Source: Beijerinckiaceae bacterium (GTDB taxonomy: Bacteria > Pseudomonadota > Alphaproteobacteria > Rhizobiales > Beijerinckiaceae). Taken from it: a stretch of DNA of 58,854 nucleotides. Each line of letters starts with the position of its first letter. The stretch's first letter is position 1. A program made the position numbers and the translations under genes. The stretch lies in the NCBI GenBank assembly GCA_036386395.1, contig DASVVU010000350.1, positions 1 through 58,854 of the forward strand, written 5' to 3'. Below the pieces are notes generated by a model that worked only from the letters and a program-made list of their open reading frames with translations, was not told the origin of the DNA and made no database searches. Below are positions 8,268 through 18,398 of this stretch, in pieces.

Positions 8268-10583
8268 TCAGGCTCCGAAGGCGAGCCGACGGCGGCCGAA
8301 GGCGGCCAGCAGGACGCTTCCGGCGAGGAGCAGGAGGCCGAGGAGCATCCGCAGCTCCGCGTCCGTCGCCGTCGCCGGGAGCGACACGCCCTGCGCCGGC
8401 ACGGCGGCGGACTTGCGCATGACCGGCCCGTCCGCAGTGGTATCCGCGGCGCTCGCGACCTGGATGCGCGAGAGGTCGGCGCGGTCCATCCGCGGCGCGT
8501 CGGCGCGGTCCGGCCGCGGCGCCGCCCCCGGCTTCTCGCCGAAGAGCTTGTCGAACTCCCAGCCGGCCGGGAGGTTGAGGGGGACCTCCGCCTTCGTCAG
8601 GCGTGCGCCGTCGGGGCGGCTTACGGTCTTGTCGACGGCGACGAGGCTCGTCAGGCGCGTCACGAGGTGATGGTCGAGGGCGAGTGCCAGGATCGCCTTG
8701 TCGGCCTCCTCCAGGGTCGTGCGGCGCAGCGTGCGGGCGACCTCGGCATCGGCGATCTTGCGCCGCGCCCACAGCTTCGACAGGCCCTTGCCCTCGGCGG
8801 CGCTCGCGAGCGGCAGGGTCACGCTCCAGGGCCGCTCGCCGATGTGGCCCTTGACCTCCACCGTGCCGGAGAGCGAGGGCACTTTCGCGGCGAGCACCAG
8901 CGGCTCGCCCCGGTAGAGATCGGGCAGCACTGAGGGCGTCGCGTCCGCTCCGCCCTCCGAGAAGGTCGCGGCGAGGTTCGTGACGGCGGGGCTCTCGAGC
9001 TTCTCGAACAGGGCCCGCATCCGCTCCTCGACCTGTTCCACGGAGCCGATGTGGGTGAAGGTGCCGCGCCCGATCTCGGCCGCGCGGGTCATGAGGTAGG
9101 AGTTCGGCGCCGAGCCGATGCCGACCATGAAGACGCGGGAGCGCCCGCGCATGGCCGCCATGGTGTCGAGCATCTGCTGCTCGTTGCCGATCGCTCCGTC
9201 GGTCAGGAACACGACCTGGCGCAGGTACGCGCCGTCGTTCGGGCGCGGATCGGCGAGCGCTGCCTTCATGGCGGGCAGCATCTCGGTCCCGCCCTTTGCC
9301 TGGAGGGCGCCGACGAAGCCCTTGGCCCGCGCGAGGTTCTCCGCATTCGCCGGCACCGCGTCCGAGAAGAGCACGTCCATGGTGTGGTCGAAGCGGATCA
9401 CGTTGAAGCGGTCCGCCGCCGTCAGGCGGTCGAGCCCGTAGAGGAGGCTCGCCTTGGCCTGCGTCATCGAGGTGCCGCCCATGGAGCCCGAGTTGTCGAT
9501 CACGAAGACGATCTCGCGCGGGCGGCGCTCCTCAGCCTGCCTGAGCGCCGGGGGCGTCACGAAGGCCAGCACGTAGTCGGCGTCGCCGACCCGCTCGCGG
9601 AAGAGCCCGATGGCGGGGGCGCTCGTCGCGGCCGGCGTCCAGGTCAGCTCGAAGTCCCGGTCGGCCGGGACAGGCCCCTCGGCGAGCTTGATCGTGCGCG
9701 CGTCGCCGTCGCCCTCGATCTTGACCGGATGGTGGTGGCTCTTGACCTCGCCGAGCGGGAAGCCGGCGGCAAGGCGCACCGCGATCGAGACCGGGTTCGT
9801 CGGCGCGTGCTCGGCGGGGTCGAGGACCGGCGGCTCGATGCGGTCGCGGTCCGGCACCGGGTCCGAGGCCGTGCCCCAGCCCCCGCTGCCGGGGGCGAAG
9901 TCGACGGTCTGCACCACCGGCTTCGGGTTGTAGCGCGGGGCCACGACGAGGGGTACGCGCAGCGAAAAGACGTCCGCCGACTGGCGCACCGGCTGCTGGT
10001 ACTCGATCTGCACCAGCACGGTCTCGCCCGGCCCGATGTTGGCGACGGCGTTGGTGAAGAGGTTCGGGCGCTCCTGCTCGAGGAGCGTCGCCTTGCGGCC
10101 TGCCGCCTTCGCCTCCTCGTAGACGGCCCGCGCCTCCCGGCGCTCCTTGATGTCGCCGACGACGATGCGGTCGCCGATCACCATCCGCAGCGTGTCGACG
10201 GCCCCGCCCTCCGGGAGGGGATAGACGTAGACCGCCTCGACCCAGCCCTCGGTCGGATTGTGGAAGACCTGGGTGATGCGGGCCCGGGCGGTCGGACCGC
10301 TGACCGTGAGGTCGACGTCGGTGCCGAGGCGGGGCGCCTCGACGAAGCGGCCGCTCTCGGTGCTGTGGAAGAGCAGGGAGCCGGCCTTCATCTCGCCCGG
10401 CGTGACGAGGATCTCGCCCGGTCCCCTCGCCTGCGCCCGCGGCGGCCCCGCGAAAATTGCCGCAATTGCGGCGACGATCAGCACCACGAGGTTCGCCGCG
10501 GCTATAATCGTACGCCGCCAAGCGGACCGCGTGGATAAAGAGAGCCCTTCGGGCCCTCCGGTTTCGACGAATGCTGTGCGCAT
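8268..10583 (-). CDS. Proteobacterial sortase target protein (VIT + vWA domains, C-terminal LPxTA sorting signal)
   Basis: VIT-like EAVYVYPLP, vWA MIDAS DNSGSM and FLTDG, C-terminal LPATA + hydrophobic helix + RRR; GAGGAG RBS before ATG 10583. Confidence 0.88.
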   Translation of the reverse strand: MRTAFVETGGPEGLSLSTRSAWRRTIIAAANLVVLIVAAIAAIFAGPPRAQARGPGEILVTPGEMKAGSLLFHSTESGRFVEAPRLGTDVDLTVSGPTARARITQVFHNPTEGWVEAVYVYPLPEGGAVDTLRMVIGDRIVVGDIKERREARAVYEEAKAAGRKATLLEQERPNLFTNAVANIGPGETVLVQIEYQQPVRQSADVFSLRVPLVVAPRYNPKPVVQTVDFAPGSGGWGTASDPVPDRDRIEPPVLDPAEHAPTNPVSIAVRLAAGFPLGEVKSHHHPVKIEGDGDARTIKLAEGPVPADRDFELTWTPAATSAPAIGLFRERVGDADYVLAFVTPPALRQAEERRPREIVFVIDNSGSMGGTSMTQAKASLLYGLDRLTAADRFNVIRFDHTMDVLFSDAVPANAENLARAKGFVGALQAKGGTEMLPAMKAALADPRPNDGAYLRQVVFLTDGAIGNEQQMLDTMAAMRGRSRVFMVGIGSAPNSYLMTRAAEIGRGTFTHIGSVEQVEERMRALFEKLESPAVTNLAATFSEGGADATPSVLPDLYRGEPLVLAAKVPSLSGTVEVKGHIGERPWSVTLPLASAAEGKGLSKLWARRKIADAEVARTLRRTTLEEADKAILALALDHHLVTRLTSLVAVDKTVSRPDGARLTKAEVPLNLPAGWEFDKLFGEKPGAAPRPDRADAPRMDRADLSRIQVASAADTTADGPVMRKSAAVPAQGVSLPATATDAELRMLLGLLLLAGSVLLAAFGRRRLAFGA

Positions 10584-10762
10584 GACCGGCTCCTCAGGCT
10601 GCATCACTTGCGAAAGCCCAAGGTGTTCTGTTCCATTCGGCCTGTGTCCTGCGACGGGCATGTTCGGGCTTGTCCGGCAACGGTCCGCCCGCAACCGCCG
10701 CGGTGCGCACGCCCGAGGCGGTTCCGTGAGGGTTTGTACGTGATGACGTGCGGAGAGCCGTG

Positions 10763-11533
10763 ATGGCGGGCGCAGCGGACACCGAGCTTTCGGCCGAGCA
10801 GAGCCGGACGGTCTCGGGGCTCGTGCGGGAGGAGCTCGCCCGCCGCCGCATCTCGCGCCAGCGGCTTGCCGACGACGCCAGGATCAGCCTCTCGACCCTG
10901 GAGAAGGCTCTCTCGGGCCGCCGGCCCTTCACCCTCGCGACGACGATCCGCCTGGAGGAGGCGCTCGGCGTCTCGCTCCGCAAGGCGAATGGCGCACCGC
11001 ACCTCGCCCCGCCGGCGCACGCGATCGTCGCCCCGGAAGAGCTCGGCTCCTACGCCCGCCCGGCCGTCGCCTGGATCGAGGGGGCGTACCTGACGCTCCG
11101 GCCCTCCTTCGGCGTGGCGGGCGGCATCTACGCCTACCGCACCGAGATCTTTTGGGACGAGAGCGGCCCGGGCTTAGGGTTTCGCGAATCCGAGCGCCTC
11201 GACGCCGCCTTCACCCAGTACGGCGCGGTGTCGGTCCCGAACCAGTCGGGCCACATCTATCTCGTCACGAACCGTCATGGGCAGTACCGGCTCATCACCG
11301 TGGCGCGGCCGACGATCAGCGGCGAGATGCACGGCATCCTCACGACCCTCCAGGCCGGCCAGGGCGCGCAGCTCACGCCGGTGGCGGCGCCGATCGCCTT
11401 CGTGCCCCTGCGGCGGCTCGCCGAGGAGCCCGCCTTCGGGCGCGTCGGTGCCGGCCACCCTTGCCACGAGCGCTACCGCGCCTACCTGAAGCGGACGGTC
11501 GAGGACGCCTTCGCGCGCTTCCTCACGGCTTGA
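10763..11533 (+). CDS. XRE-family helix-turn-helix protein with uncharacterised C-terminal domain
   Basis: N-terminal ISRQRLADDARISLSTLEKALSG HTH; divergent from the sortase operon. Confidence 0.7.
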   Translation: MAGAADTELSAEQSRTVSGLVREELARRRISRQRLADDARISLSTLEKALSGRRPFTLATTIRLEEALGVSLRKANGAPHLAPPAHAIVAPEELGSYARPAVAWIEGAYLTLRPSFGVAGGIYAYRTEIFWDESGPGLGFRESERLDAAFTQYGAVSVPNQSGHIYLVTNRHGQYRLITVARPTISGEMHGILTTLQAGQGAQLTPVAAPIAFVPLRRLAEEPAFGRVGAGHPCHERYRAYLKRTVEDAFARFLTA

Positions 11534-11543
11534 GGGCATCGGC

Positions 11544-12518
11544 ATGGCGAGCTTGGGCGATTGGAAGGTGCCGTCGGCGGCCCAGCCCAAGCCCCAGGAC
11601 TATCCTTACGACCTCGACCGCGCCCTCTCTGCCGTCGTGAGCGTCACGGCGACGATCCCGGCCGACGCCTTCACAGCCCAGACGCTCGGCACCGAGCGCT
11701 CGGGCCACGGCGTCCAGATCCGCGACGGCGTCGTCCTCACCATCGGCTACCTCGTCACCGAGGCGCAATCGGTGTGGCTGATGACCGGCGACGGGCGCGC
11801 CGTCGAGGGTCACGTCCTGGGCTACGACCAGGTCACCGGCTTCGGCCTCGTGCAGGCGCTCGGCCGCCTCGACCTGCCGACGTTGGAGCTCGGGGATTCC
11901 GCCGCCGCGGCCTTGGGCGAGCGGGTGGTGGTCGCGGGCGCCGGCGGGCGAGCGCGCTCGATCGCGGCCCGCATCGTCGCCAAGCAGGAATTCGCCGGCT
12001 ACTGGGAGTACCTCCTCGAGGAGGCGATCTTCACGGCCCCGGCCCATCCGCACTGGGGCGGCACCGCGCTCATCAATCCTTCCGGCGACCTCGTCGGCAT
12101 CGGCTCGCTGCAGCTCCAGCACATGGGCCCGGGCGGGCGCCCGGCGCTCATCAACATGATGGTGCCGACCGACCTCCTCAAGCCGATCCTCGACGGTCTC
12201 ATGACGCTTGGGCGGCCGGACCGCCCGGCGCGCCCCTGGCTCGGGCTGTTCGCGGCCGAGGCCGAGGACAAGGTCGTGGTGGCGGGGCTTGCCGAGGGGG
12301 GCCCCGCCGACAAGGCGGGCCTACGCGTCGGAGACGCGGTTCTCGCCGTGCGCGGCGCGAAGATCGCGAACCTCGCCGGCTTCTTCCGCCGGGTCTGGGC
12401 GCTCGGCCACGCCGGCGTCGAGGTGCCGCTTACGATCGAGCGCGACGGCCGCACCGCCGAGATCACGGTCCCGTCCGGCGACCGCAACGCGTTCCTGAAG
12501 CGGCCGCTCCTGCACTGA
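11544..12518 (+). CDS. S1C/HtrA-like trypsin-fold + PDZ protein (catalytic triad degenerate)
   Basis: HtrA-like layout (SGHG, VLTIGYLV, GGTALINPSGDLVGIG, RPWLGL, GPADKAGLRVGD PDZ). Confidence 0.75.
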   Translation: MASLGDWKVPSAAQPKPQDYPYDLDRALSAVVSVTATIPADAFTAQTLGTERSGHGVQIRDGVVLTIGYLVTEAQSVWLMTGDGRAVEGHVLGYDQVTGFGLVQALGRLDLPTLELGDSAAAALGERVVVAGAGGRARSIAARIVAKQEFAGYWEYLLEEAIFTAPAHPHWGGTALINPSGDLVGIGSLQLQHMGPGGRPALINMMVPTDLLKPILDGLMTLGRPDRPARPWLGLFAAEAEDKVVVAGLAEGGPADKAGLRVGDAVLAVRGAKIANLAGFFRRVWALGHAGVEVPLTIERDGRTAEITVPSGDRNAFLKRPLLH

Positions 12519-12534
12519 GGAGCGGCGGCGTCCG

Positions 12535-13218
12535 TTACGCCGCGGCGCGGTGCATGGCGCGGGCGGCCTCGTGGGCGCCGTTGATCGCCTTGACCGACTT
12601 CTCGATGGCGCCCCAGAGATTCGCCATCTCGGCGGCGGCGGCCGAGTCCGGGTCGAACTCCCTCGCGCCCGCGCCGGCCCCGAGGGCGAAGCAGAAGTCG
12701 CTGCGGTTCGTGATCTGGCCCGACCACACCGGGGCCCTGATCCCGGAAAGCCCCGCGCGGGCGTCGGCCACGATCGCAGCCTCGGCGTCGTTGCGCTTCG
12801 CCGGCGCCGCGTTGACGACGACCGCGTAGGGCTTGTTCAGCTCGCGGCAGAGCGCGATGGTGTCGGTCACGGCGGCGACGTCGAAGACGCTCGGCCGCGC
12901 CGGGATGACGACGAGGGTGGCGAGGCGGATCGCCTCGGCGACGACACCCGACTTGTTCGGGGGCGTGTCGACGAAGGCCCACTCGTAGCCCTCGCGCTTG
13001 CCCGCCTTCACGGCCTCCTCGACGCCGCGCGGGGCGCGCTTGAGGGCCGGGCGGTCCCCCTTGCGCAGGCCGTGCCAGAGCGACAGCGAGCCTTGGGGAT
13101 CGGCGTCGATCAGGAGACATGACCGCGACGGGCGCGCGGCGGCCTGGGCCGAGAGATGCGCGGCGAGCGTGCTCTTGCCCGAGCCGCCTTTCCGCGAGGC
13201 GAAGACGATGACGTTCAT
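12535..13218 (-). CDS. ParA-family ATPase (orphan)
   Basis: Deviant Walker A KGGSGKST, LIDADPQGS, VDTPP; no adjacent parB. Confidence 0.88.
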   Translation of the reverse strand: MNVIVFASRKGGSGKSTLAAHLSAQAAARPSRSCLLIDADPQGSLSLWHGLRKGDRPALKRAPRGVEEAVKAGKREGYEWAFVDTPPNKSGVVAEAIRLATLVVIPARPSVFDVAAVTDTIALCRELNKPYAVVVNAAPAKRNDAEAAIVADARAGLSGIRAPVWSGQITNRSDFCFALGAGAGAREFDPDSAAAAEMANLWGAIEKSVKAINGAHEAARAMHRAAA

Positions 13219-13262
13219 GGATGACCCCACAGGACGAATCAGGTGAGCCTGAAGGGGCATGA

Positions 13263-13277
13263 TTAACCGTGCGTTAA
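13263..13277. promoter_or_regulatory. Putative CtrA binding site
   Basis: TTAA-CCGTGCG-TTAA (TTAA-N7-TTAA) about 45 nt upstream of the ParA-family start, in GC-rich DNA. Confidence 0.65.
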
Positions 13278-13316
13278 GCACCGTCGACCCGTCGTCCGGG
13301 GCGGTGCACAGCGGGC

Positions 13317-14228
13317 TCAGGTGTTGCGGACGGGGCCCTTGAGCTGGCGCAGCACGGCCGCGAGATAGCCGCCGGCGTAAGTCCTGCCGGAGCCCGCGAA
13401 CGCCCGCGGCAGCGCCGACCAGGCGAGATCCGGACGCTTGTGGTGCACGTCGTGCAGGTTCTGGTGCAGGAGGGCGGGGGCGAGCCAGTCCGGCAGTCGG
13501 GTGTCGTAGGCATCGGCCCCGATGATCGCCGGGGTGCCGTAGTGCGGGGCGTTGTCCTGGAGCGAGACGATGAGGGCCCGGATCGCCATGGCGACGGCGA
13601 GGATCCACCAGCCGTCGCCGTAGAGGGCGAAGGCCGCGCCGTAGACCGCGAGCGCCAGGAGCGCGTCGAGCCGCACGCGGCGCAGGCGCACGGGGTTGCG
13701 GATCGCCCGCTCGGCGCCGGCGAGGAGCGTGCGGCTCTCCCGGTCGTCGCCGGGCAGGGCCTTGCGGGCGAGGCGCTCGAGGAGCGGCCGCGGCGCCAGC
13801 ATCAGGAGGGTCGCGGCGGCCTCGGCGAGCCAGACGCCGCCGAGGAGGTGGGCGTAGTAGGCCGCCTGCGCCAGGACCGGCCCGCGCCCCTGGGGGATCA
13901 CGTCCGGCCGGTCGAGGGCGTGCCGGTTGAAGCGGTGATGGGCGAGGTGCCCGAAGCGCAGCACGTCGAAGGCCACGCCCGAGGTGAGCGCGAGCGCCCG
14001 GCCCAAGGCATCGCTCCGGCGCGGCGCGGCGAGGAGACGCCCGTGGATCGCCTCGTGGATGAGAGCCCCCTTGAACGGCGTCGCGGCGGCCGTCAGGCAC
14101 ACCGCGAGGAGCGCGAGGCCCGGGTGCCCCGGCAGGAGCATAAACGGGACCGCGACGAGCTCGACGGCCGCAAGGGCAAGCGCGAGCGCCGCGAGCGCCG
14201 TGTTCAGGCGGTACGGAGGAGCATCCAT
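13317..14228 (-). CDS. Membrane fatty acid desaturase-family protein
   Basis: His boxes HEAIH, HLAHH, HQNLHDVHH plus hydrophobic segments. Confidence 0.8.
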   Translation of the reverse strand: MDAPPYRLNTALAALALALAAVELVAVPFMLLPGHPGLALLAVCLTAAATPFKGALIHEAIHGRLLAAPRRSDALGRALALTSGVAFDVLRFGHLAHHRFNRHALDRPDVIPQGRGPVLAQAAYYAHLLGGVWLAEAAATLLMLAPRPLLERLARKALPGDDRESRTLLAGAERAIRNPVRLRRVRLDALLALAVYGAAFALYGDGWWILAVAMAIRALIVSLQDNAPHYGTPAIIGADAYDTRLPDWLAPALLHQNLHDVHHKRPDLAWSALPRAFAGSGRTYAGGYLAAVLRQLKGPVRNT

Positions 14229-14244
14229 GCGGCGTCGCGGCGGG

Positions 14245-15309
14245 TCAGGCCGCCGCCTTGCGGTTCTGGGCAAGGCGGTCGTCCACCAAGGCGACCGTTG
14301 CGTCGACCACCGGATTGCGCTGCCCCTTCTGCGCCGCGATCGCCTGCACGAGGCGATCGACCCGCTCGATGTTCGGCGCGCCGGCGAAGAGCGCGCGGGC
14401 GGCCGACGAGGGGCGCGAGAGCCCCGAGGCCGCGGCGGCGTACTTCTCGAACGGCACGAGGTCGCCCGGGTCGGCGCCGAGCGAGACGCAGAGGTCGCGC
14501 ACCCAGTTGTACACCGCGCGCGACTCGGCGGGGTCGGTGTGCACCGCCTCCTTGATCGAGCGCGGCCCGTCCGGCGTGACGCAGCGGTAGTTGCCGGTGA
14601 GCAGCATGGCCCATTTGGCGAGGGGCACGAAGACGCTGTCGTGCACCTTGAGCTTCACAGGGAGCTCCACTTTCTCGCCGCCGACATCCCAGCGCACGGC
14701 CTCGATGCCGGCCTGCATGTCGCGCAGCATGGCGGTGTGGGCGTCGGACTCGAAGCGCGCCACCTTGAAGTTCGTCGGCAGGGTCACCTGCAGGACGTTG
14801 ACCGGCTCGTCCGGCGGCCGGAAGGCCTGCGGGTCGGGGCTGCAGAGCGTCATGAGGGCGGGGTCGAAGCCCTGCCACACGGTCGGGTCGGTGTAGGCGA
14901 CACGAAGCGCGTCGGCGTCGAGGCCCGGCACGCGCTTGAGGTACGTCAGCGGCGGCATGTTCATGATCGACATCGCCGGCACCCGCGCCCTCGCGACGGC
15001 GTCGAGGAGCTCGCGCACACCGGCCGAGCGGTACTGCGGCTCCTGCATGGCAAGCCCGACGAGGTCGTAATCGGCGGGATTCACGGCCCCCGGCCCGTCG
15101 GCCGAGACCTTGCCGGGAAGGTCCTTCGAGCGGATCTCGGCCTGGCCGCGGCCCTTCACGGGGAGCCGCACCACCGCCCCGTCCCGGTTGATCGCCTCGG
15201 CCTCGGCCGGCAGGCACACGAGCTTCACGTTGTGCCCGGCCATGGCGAGCTTGGTGGCGAGGAGCGAGCCGTAGGAGGCTCCGAGGAGCAGCACGTTGTA
15301 GGCGGTCAC
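14245..15309 (-). CDS. Ketopantoate reductase-like NAD(P)-binding protein of unknown function
   Basis: GTG start with GGAGA RBS; Rossmann-like NVLLLGASYGSLLA, PanE-like C-terminus; typical high-GC codon usage. Confidence 0.6.
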   Translation of the reverse strand: MTAYNVLLLGASYGSLLATKLAMAGHNVKLVCLPAEAEAINRDGAVVRLPVKGRGQAEIRSKDLPGKVSADGPGAVNPADYDLVGLAMQEPQYRSAGVRELLDAVARARVPAMSIMNMPPLTYLKRVPGLDADALRVAYTDPTVWQGFDPALMTLCSPDPQAFRPPDEPVNVLQVTLPTNFKVARFESDAHTAMLRDMQAGIEAVRWDVGGEKVELPVKLKVHDSVFVPLAKWAMLLTGNYRCVTPDGPRSIKEAVHTDPAESRAVYNWVRDLCVSLGADPGDLVPFEKYAAAASGLSRPSSAARALFAGAPNIERVDRLVQAIAAQKGQRNPVVDATVALVDDRLAQNRKAAA

Positions 15310-15419
15310 GAGGGCGTTCTCCCATTTAGGCCGGGCGGGACATGCCCGCCTCTTGTCGGTTGCGGCGATGCTATTGGGGACGTGGGCTTCGCGCAATCGC
15401 GCGCTGCGCGACGGCGAAC

Positions 15420-16310
15420 TTACCGCGTCGGCACCGGGTGCTCGCCGCGGTAGTCGTAGAAGCCGCGCTTGGTCTTGCGGCCGAGCCAGCCGGCCTCGAC
15501 GTACTTCACGAGGAGGGGACACGGGCGGTACTTCGAGTCGGCCAAGCCCTCGTGCAGCACCTGCATGACCGAGAGGCAGGTGTCGAGGCCGATGAAATCG
15601 GCGAGCTGCAGCGGCCCCATCGGGTGGTTGGCCCCGAGCCGCATCGCGGTGTCGATCGATTCGACCGAGCCGACGCCCTCGTAGAGGACGTAGATCGCCT
15701 CGTTGATCATCGGCAGGAGGATGCGGTTGACGATGAAGGCCGGGAAGTCCTCGGCGACGGTCGCGGTCTTGCCGAGCTTCTTCACGAAGGCGCAGGCCGA
15801 CTGGAACGTCGGCTCCTCCGTGGCGATGCCGCGGATGAGCTCGACGAGCTGCATCACCGGCACCGGGTTCATGAAGTGGATGCCGATGAATTTCTCGGGC
15901 CGGTCGGTCGCGGCGGCAAGGCGGGTGATGGAGATGGAGGAGGTGTTCGAGGCGATCATCACCTCGGGACGCAGCACCGGGTGGAGGGCGTCGAAGATCT
16001 TCTTCTTCACCGCCTCGCTCTCGGTCGCGGCCTCGATGACGATGTCGCACTCGTGAAAATCGTCATAGGACAGGGCCGGCTTGATGCGGGCAAGGGCCGC
16101 CTGGCGCTCGGCGTCGGTGAGCGTGCCCTTCGCGACGTGGCGGGCGAGATGGCCGTTGACGGTCGCGAGCGCGGCCTCGATCTTCTCCTGCGAGACGTCG
16201 TTGAGGCGCACCTCAAGGCCGGCCTGCGCGCAGACCTGGGCGATGCCGCCGCCCATCTGGCCGGCGCCGATGACGCCGACGGTCCTGATCTCGGTGCCCA
16301 CGTCCCCCAC
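15420..16310 (-). CDS. hbd: 3-hydroxybutyryl-CoA dehydrogenase
   Basis: [38 protein letters not shown] motifs. Confidence 0.93.
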   Translation of the reverse strand: MGDVGTEIRTVGVIGAGQMGGGIAQVCAQAGLEVRLNDVSQEKIEAALATVNGHLARHVAKGTLTDAERQAALARIKPALSYDDFHECDIVIEAATESEAVKKKIFDALHPVLRPEVMIASNTSSISITRLAAATDRPEKFIGIHFMNPVPVMQLVELIRGIATEEPTFQSACAFVKKLGKTATVAEDFPAFIVNRILLPMINEAIYVLYEGVGSVESIDTAMRLGANHPMGPLQLADFIGLDTCLSVMQVLHEGLADSKYRPCPLLVKYVEAGWLGRKTKRGFYDYRGEHPVPTR

Positions 16311-16319
16311 GCCTGCCCC

Positions 16320-17264
16320 CTAGCCTCGCGCCTTGGCGAGTTCCTGCTCGAGCTCCGGCAGGATCGCGAAGAGGTCGCCGACGAGGCCGTAGTCGGCGAC
16401 CTGGAAGATCGGCGCCTCCTCGTCCTTGTTGATGGCGACGATCACCTTCGAGTCCTTCATGCCGGCGAGGTGCTGAATGGCGCCTGAAATGCCGACCGCG
16501 ATGTAGAGGTCCGGGGCCACGACCTTGCCGGTCTGGCCGACCTGCCAGTCGTTCGGGGCGTAGCCGGCGTCGACCGCGGCGCGCGACGCGCCGATCGCGG
16601 CGCCGAGCTTGTCGGCGACGGGCTCGATCACCTTTTTGAAGGCATCGGCGGAGCCGAGCGAGCGCCCGCCCGAGATGATGATGCGGGCGGAGGTGAGCTC
16701 CGGCCGGTCGTTCTTCGCGATCTCCTCGCCCTTGAAGGTCGAGACGCCGGGATCGTCCGCCGCCGCCGCGCTCTCGATCGGGGCGGAGCCGCCCTCCCCC
16801 GCCGGCTGGAAGGCGGCGGTGCGCACCGTCACAACCTTCTTGCCGTCGGTCGCCTGCACGGTCTGGATCGCGTTGCCGGCGTAGACCGGGCGCTCGAAGG
16901 TGTCGGGGGATACCACCTTGATGACGTCCGACACCTGCATGACGTCGAGGAGCGCCGCGACGCGCGGCATGACGTTCTTCCCCGTCGTGGTCGCGGCCGC
17001 GACGATGGCGTCGTAGGGGCCGGCGAGCGCGGCGATCAGCGCCGCGGTCGGCTCCGCCAACATGTGCTCGTACTTGGGATCGTCGGCGAGAAGCACCTTC
17101 TCGACGCCGTCGAGCTTCGCGGCCGCTTCCGCGGCCGGGCGCGCGTTCGAGCCGGCGACGAGAATATGGACGGGCGCGCCCATCGCCTTCGCGGCGGCGA
17201 GCGCCTTCGCGGTCGCGTCCCGGAGGTGCGCGTTGTCGTGTTCGGCGACGAGGAGGGTGGTCAT
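16320..17264 (-). CDS. etfA: Electron transfer flavoprotein alpha subunit
   Basis: [29 protein letters not shown]. Confidence 0.96.
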   Translation of the reverse strand: MTTLLVAEHDNAHLRDATAKALAAAKAMGAPVHILVAGSNARPAAEAAAKLDGVEKVLLADDPKYEHMLAEPTAALIAALAGPYDAIVAAATTTGKNVMPRVAALLDVMQVSDVIKVVSPDTFERPVYAGNAIQTVQATDGKKVVTVRTAAFQPAGEGGSAPIESAAAADDPGVSTFKGEEIAKNDRPELTSARIIISGGRSLGSADAFKKVIEPVADKLGAAIGASRAAVDAGYAPNDWQVGQTGKVVAPDLYIAVGISGAIQHLAGMKDSKVIVAINKDEEAPIFQVADYGLVGDLFAILPELEQELAKARG

Positions 17265-17315
17265 CTCAAATCCCTGGCGGCCTGGAGGCTACGTTCTTCA
17301 TGGGCTACACAAATC

Positions 17316-17430
17316 TCCTCATGCTGAGGTGCGAGCGCAGCGAGCCTCGAAGCACGCACGGTGGTTAGGCGCTGCATCGACAGGGTGCGTCCTTCGAGGC
17401 TCGCCTTCGGCTCGCACCTCAGGATGAGGA
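17316..17430. repeat. Palindromic intergenic repeat, family A (CCTCATSCTGAGG...CCTCAGSATGAGG)
   Basis: Terminal inverted repeats; closely related inverted copy at 42435-42551. Confidence 0.85.
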
Positions 17431-17451
17431 CTTTGGAGGACGGCCCGGACA

Positions 17452-18201
17452 CTAAAGAACTCCCGCCTCGACCTTGAGCTTCTGCACGAGCTCGGCGACC
17501 GAGGAAACCTTGACGCCGGCCTTGCGCCCGCCGGGCTCGACGGTCTTGAGCACCTTGAGGCGCTGCGCGACGTCGACGCCGAGCGCCTCGGGGGTCGTCT
17601 CGGCGAGCGGCTTCTTCTTCGCCTTCATGATGTTCGGGAGCGAGGCGTAGCGCGGCTCGTTGAGGCGCAAGTCCGTGGTGACGATCGCCGGGAGCTTGAG
17701 GCCGACGGTCTGGAGGCCGCCGTCGACCTCGCGGGTCACGTCGAGCGTGCCGTCGCCGACCACAAGCTTGTAGGCGAAAGTGCCCTGCGGCCAGCCCAGC
17801 AGCGCCGCGAGCATTTGCCCGGTCTGGTTCGAGTCGTCGTCGATCGCCTGCTTGCCCATGATGACGAGGCCCGGCGCCTCGTCCTCGACGATCTTCTTCA
17901 GGATCTTCGCGATGGCGAGCGGCTCGACCGTCTGGTCGGTCTTGACCAGGATGCCACGGTCCGCCCCCATGGCGAGGGCCGTGCGGATCGTCTCCTGGGC
18001 CTGCTGCGGGCCGATGGACACCGCGACGATCTCCGTCGCCTTGCCCTGCTCCTTGAGCCGGATCGCCTCCTCGACGGCGATCTCGTCGAAGGGATTCATG
18101 GACATCTTGACGTTGGCGAGCTCGACGCCCGAGCCGTCGGGCTTCACCCGGATCTTGACGTTGAAGTCGACCACCCGCTTCACGGGCACCAGAATCTTCA
18201 T
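17452..18201 (-). CDS. etfB: Electron transfer flavoprotein beta subunit
   Basis: [40 protein letters not shown]. Confidence 0.96.
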   Translation of the reverse strand: MKILVPVKRVVDFNVKIRVKPDGSGVELANVKMSMNPFDEIAVEEAIRLKEQGKATEIVAVSIGPQQAQETIRTALAMGADRGILVKTDQTVEPLAIAKILKKIVEDEAPGLVIMGKQAIDDDSNQTGQMLAALLGWPQGTFAYKLVVGDGTLDVTREVDGGLQTVGLKLPAIVTTDLRLNEPRYASLPNIMKAKKKPLAETTPEALGVDVAQRLKVLKTVEPGGRKAGVKVSSVAELVQKLKVEAGVL

Positions 18202-18398
18202 GGACGCGGTCCCAAAGACGGGGCGGCCTCCAAGCCCGCGCGGCGTCGCCGCGGCGGGGAGCGTCGGCCCCAGAAATGCGAGGGCCGGACCTAACGACGC
18301 CGCCCCGCGGATGTCAACGGAAGGCTCGGAGCTGCGGCGGCGCGTGACAAACCGGCGGCCTCGCTTATGGTCGCCTCCCCGAAACGAGGAGGACCGAC

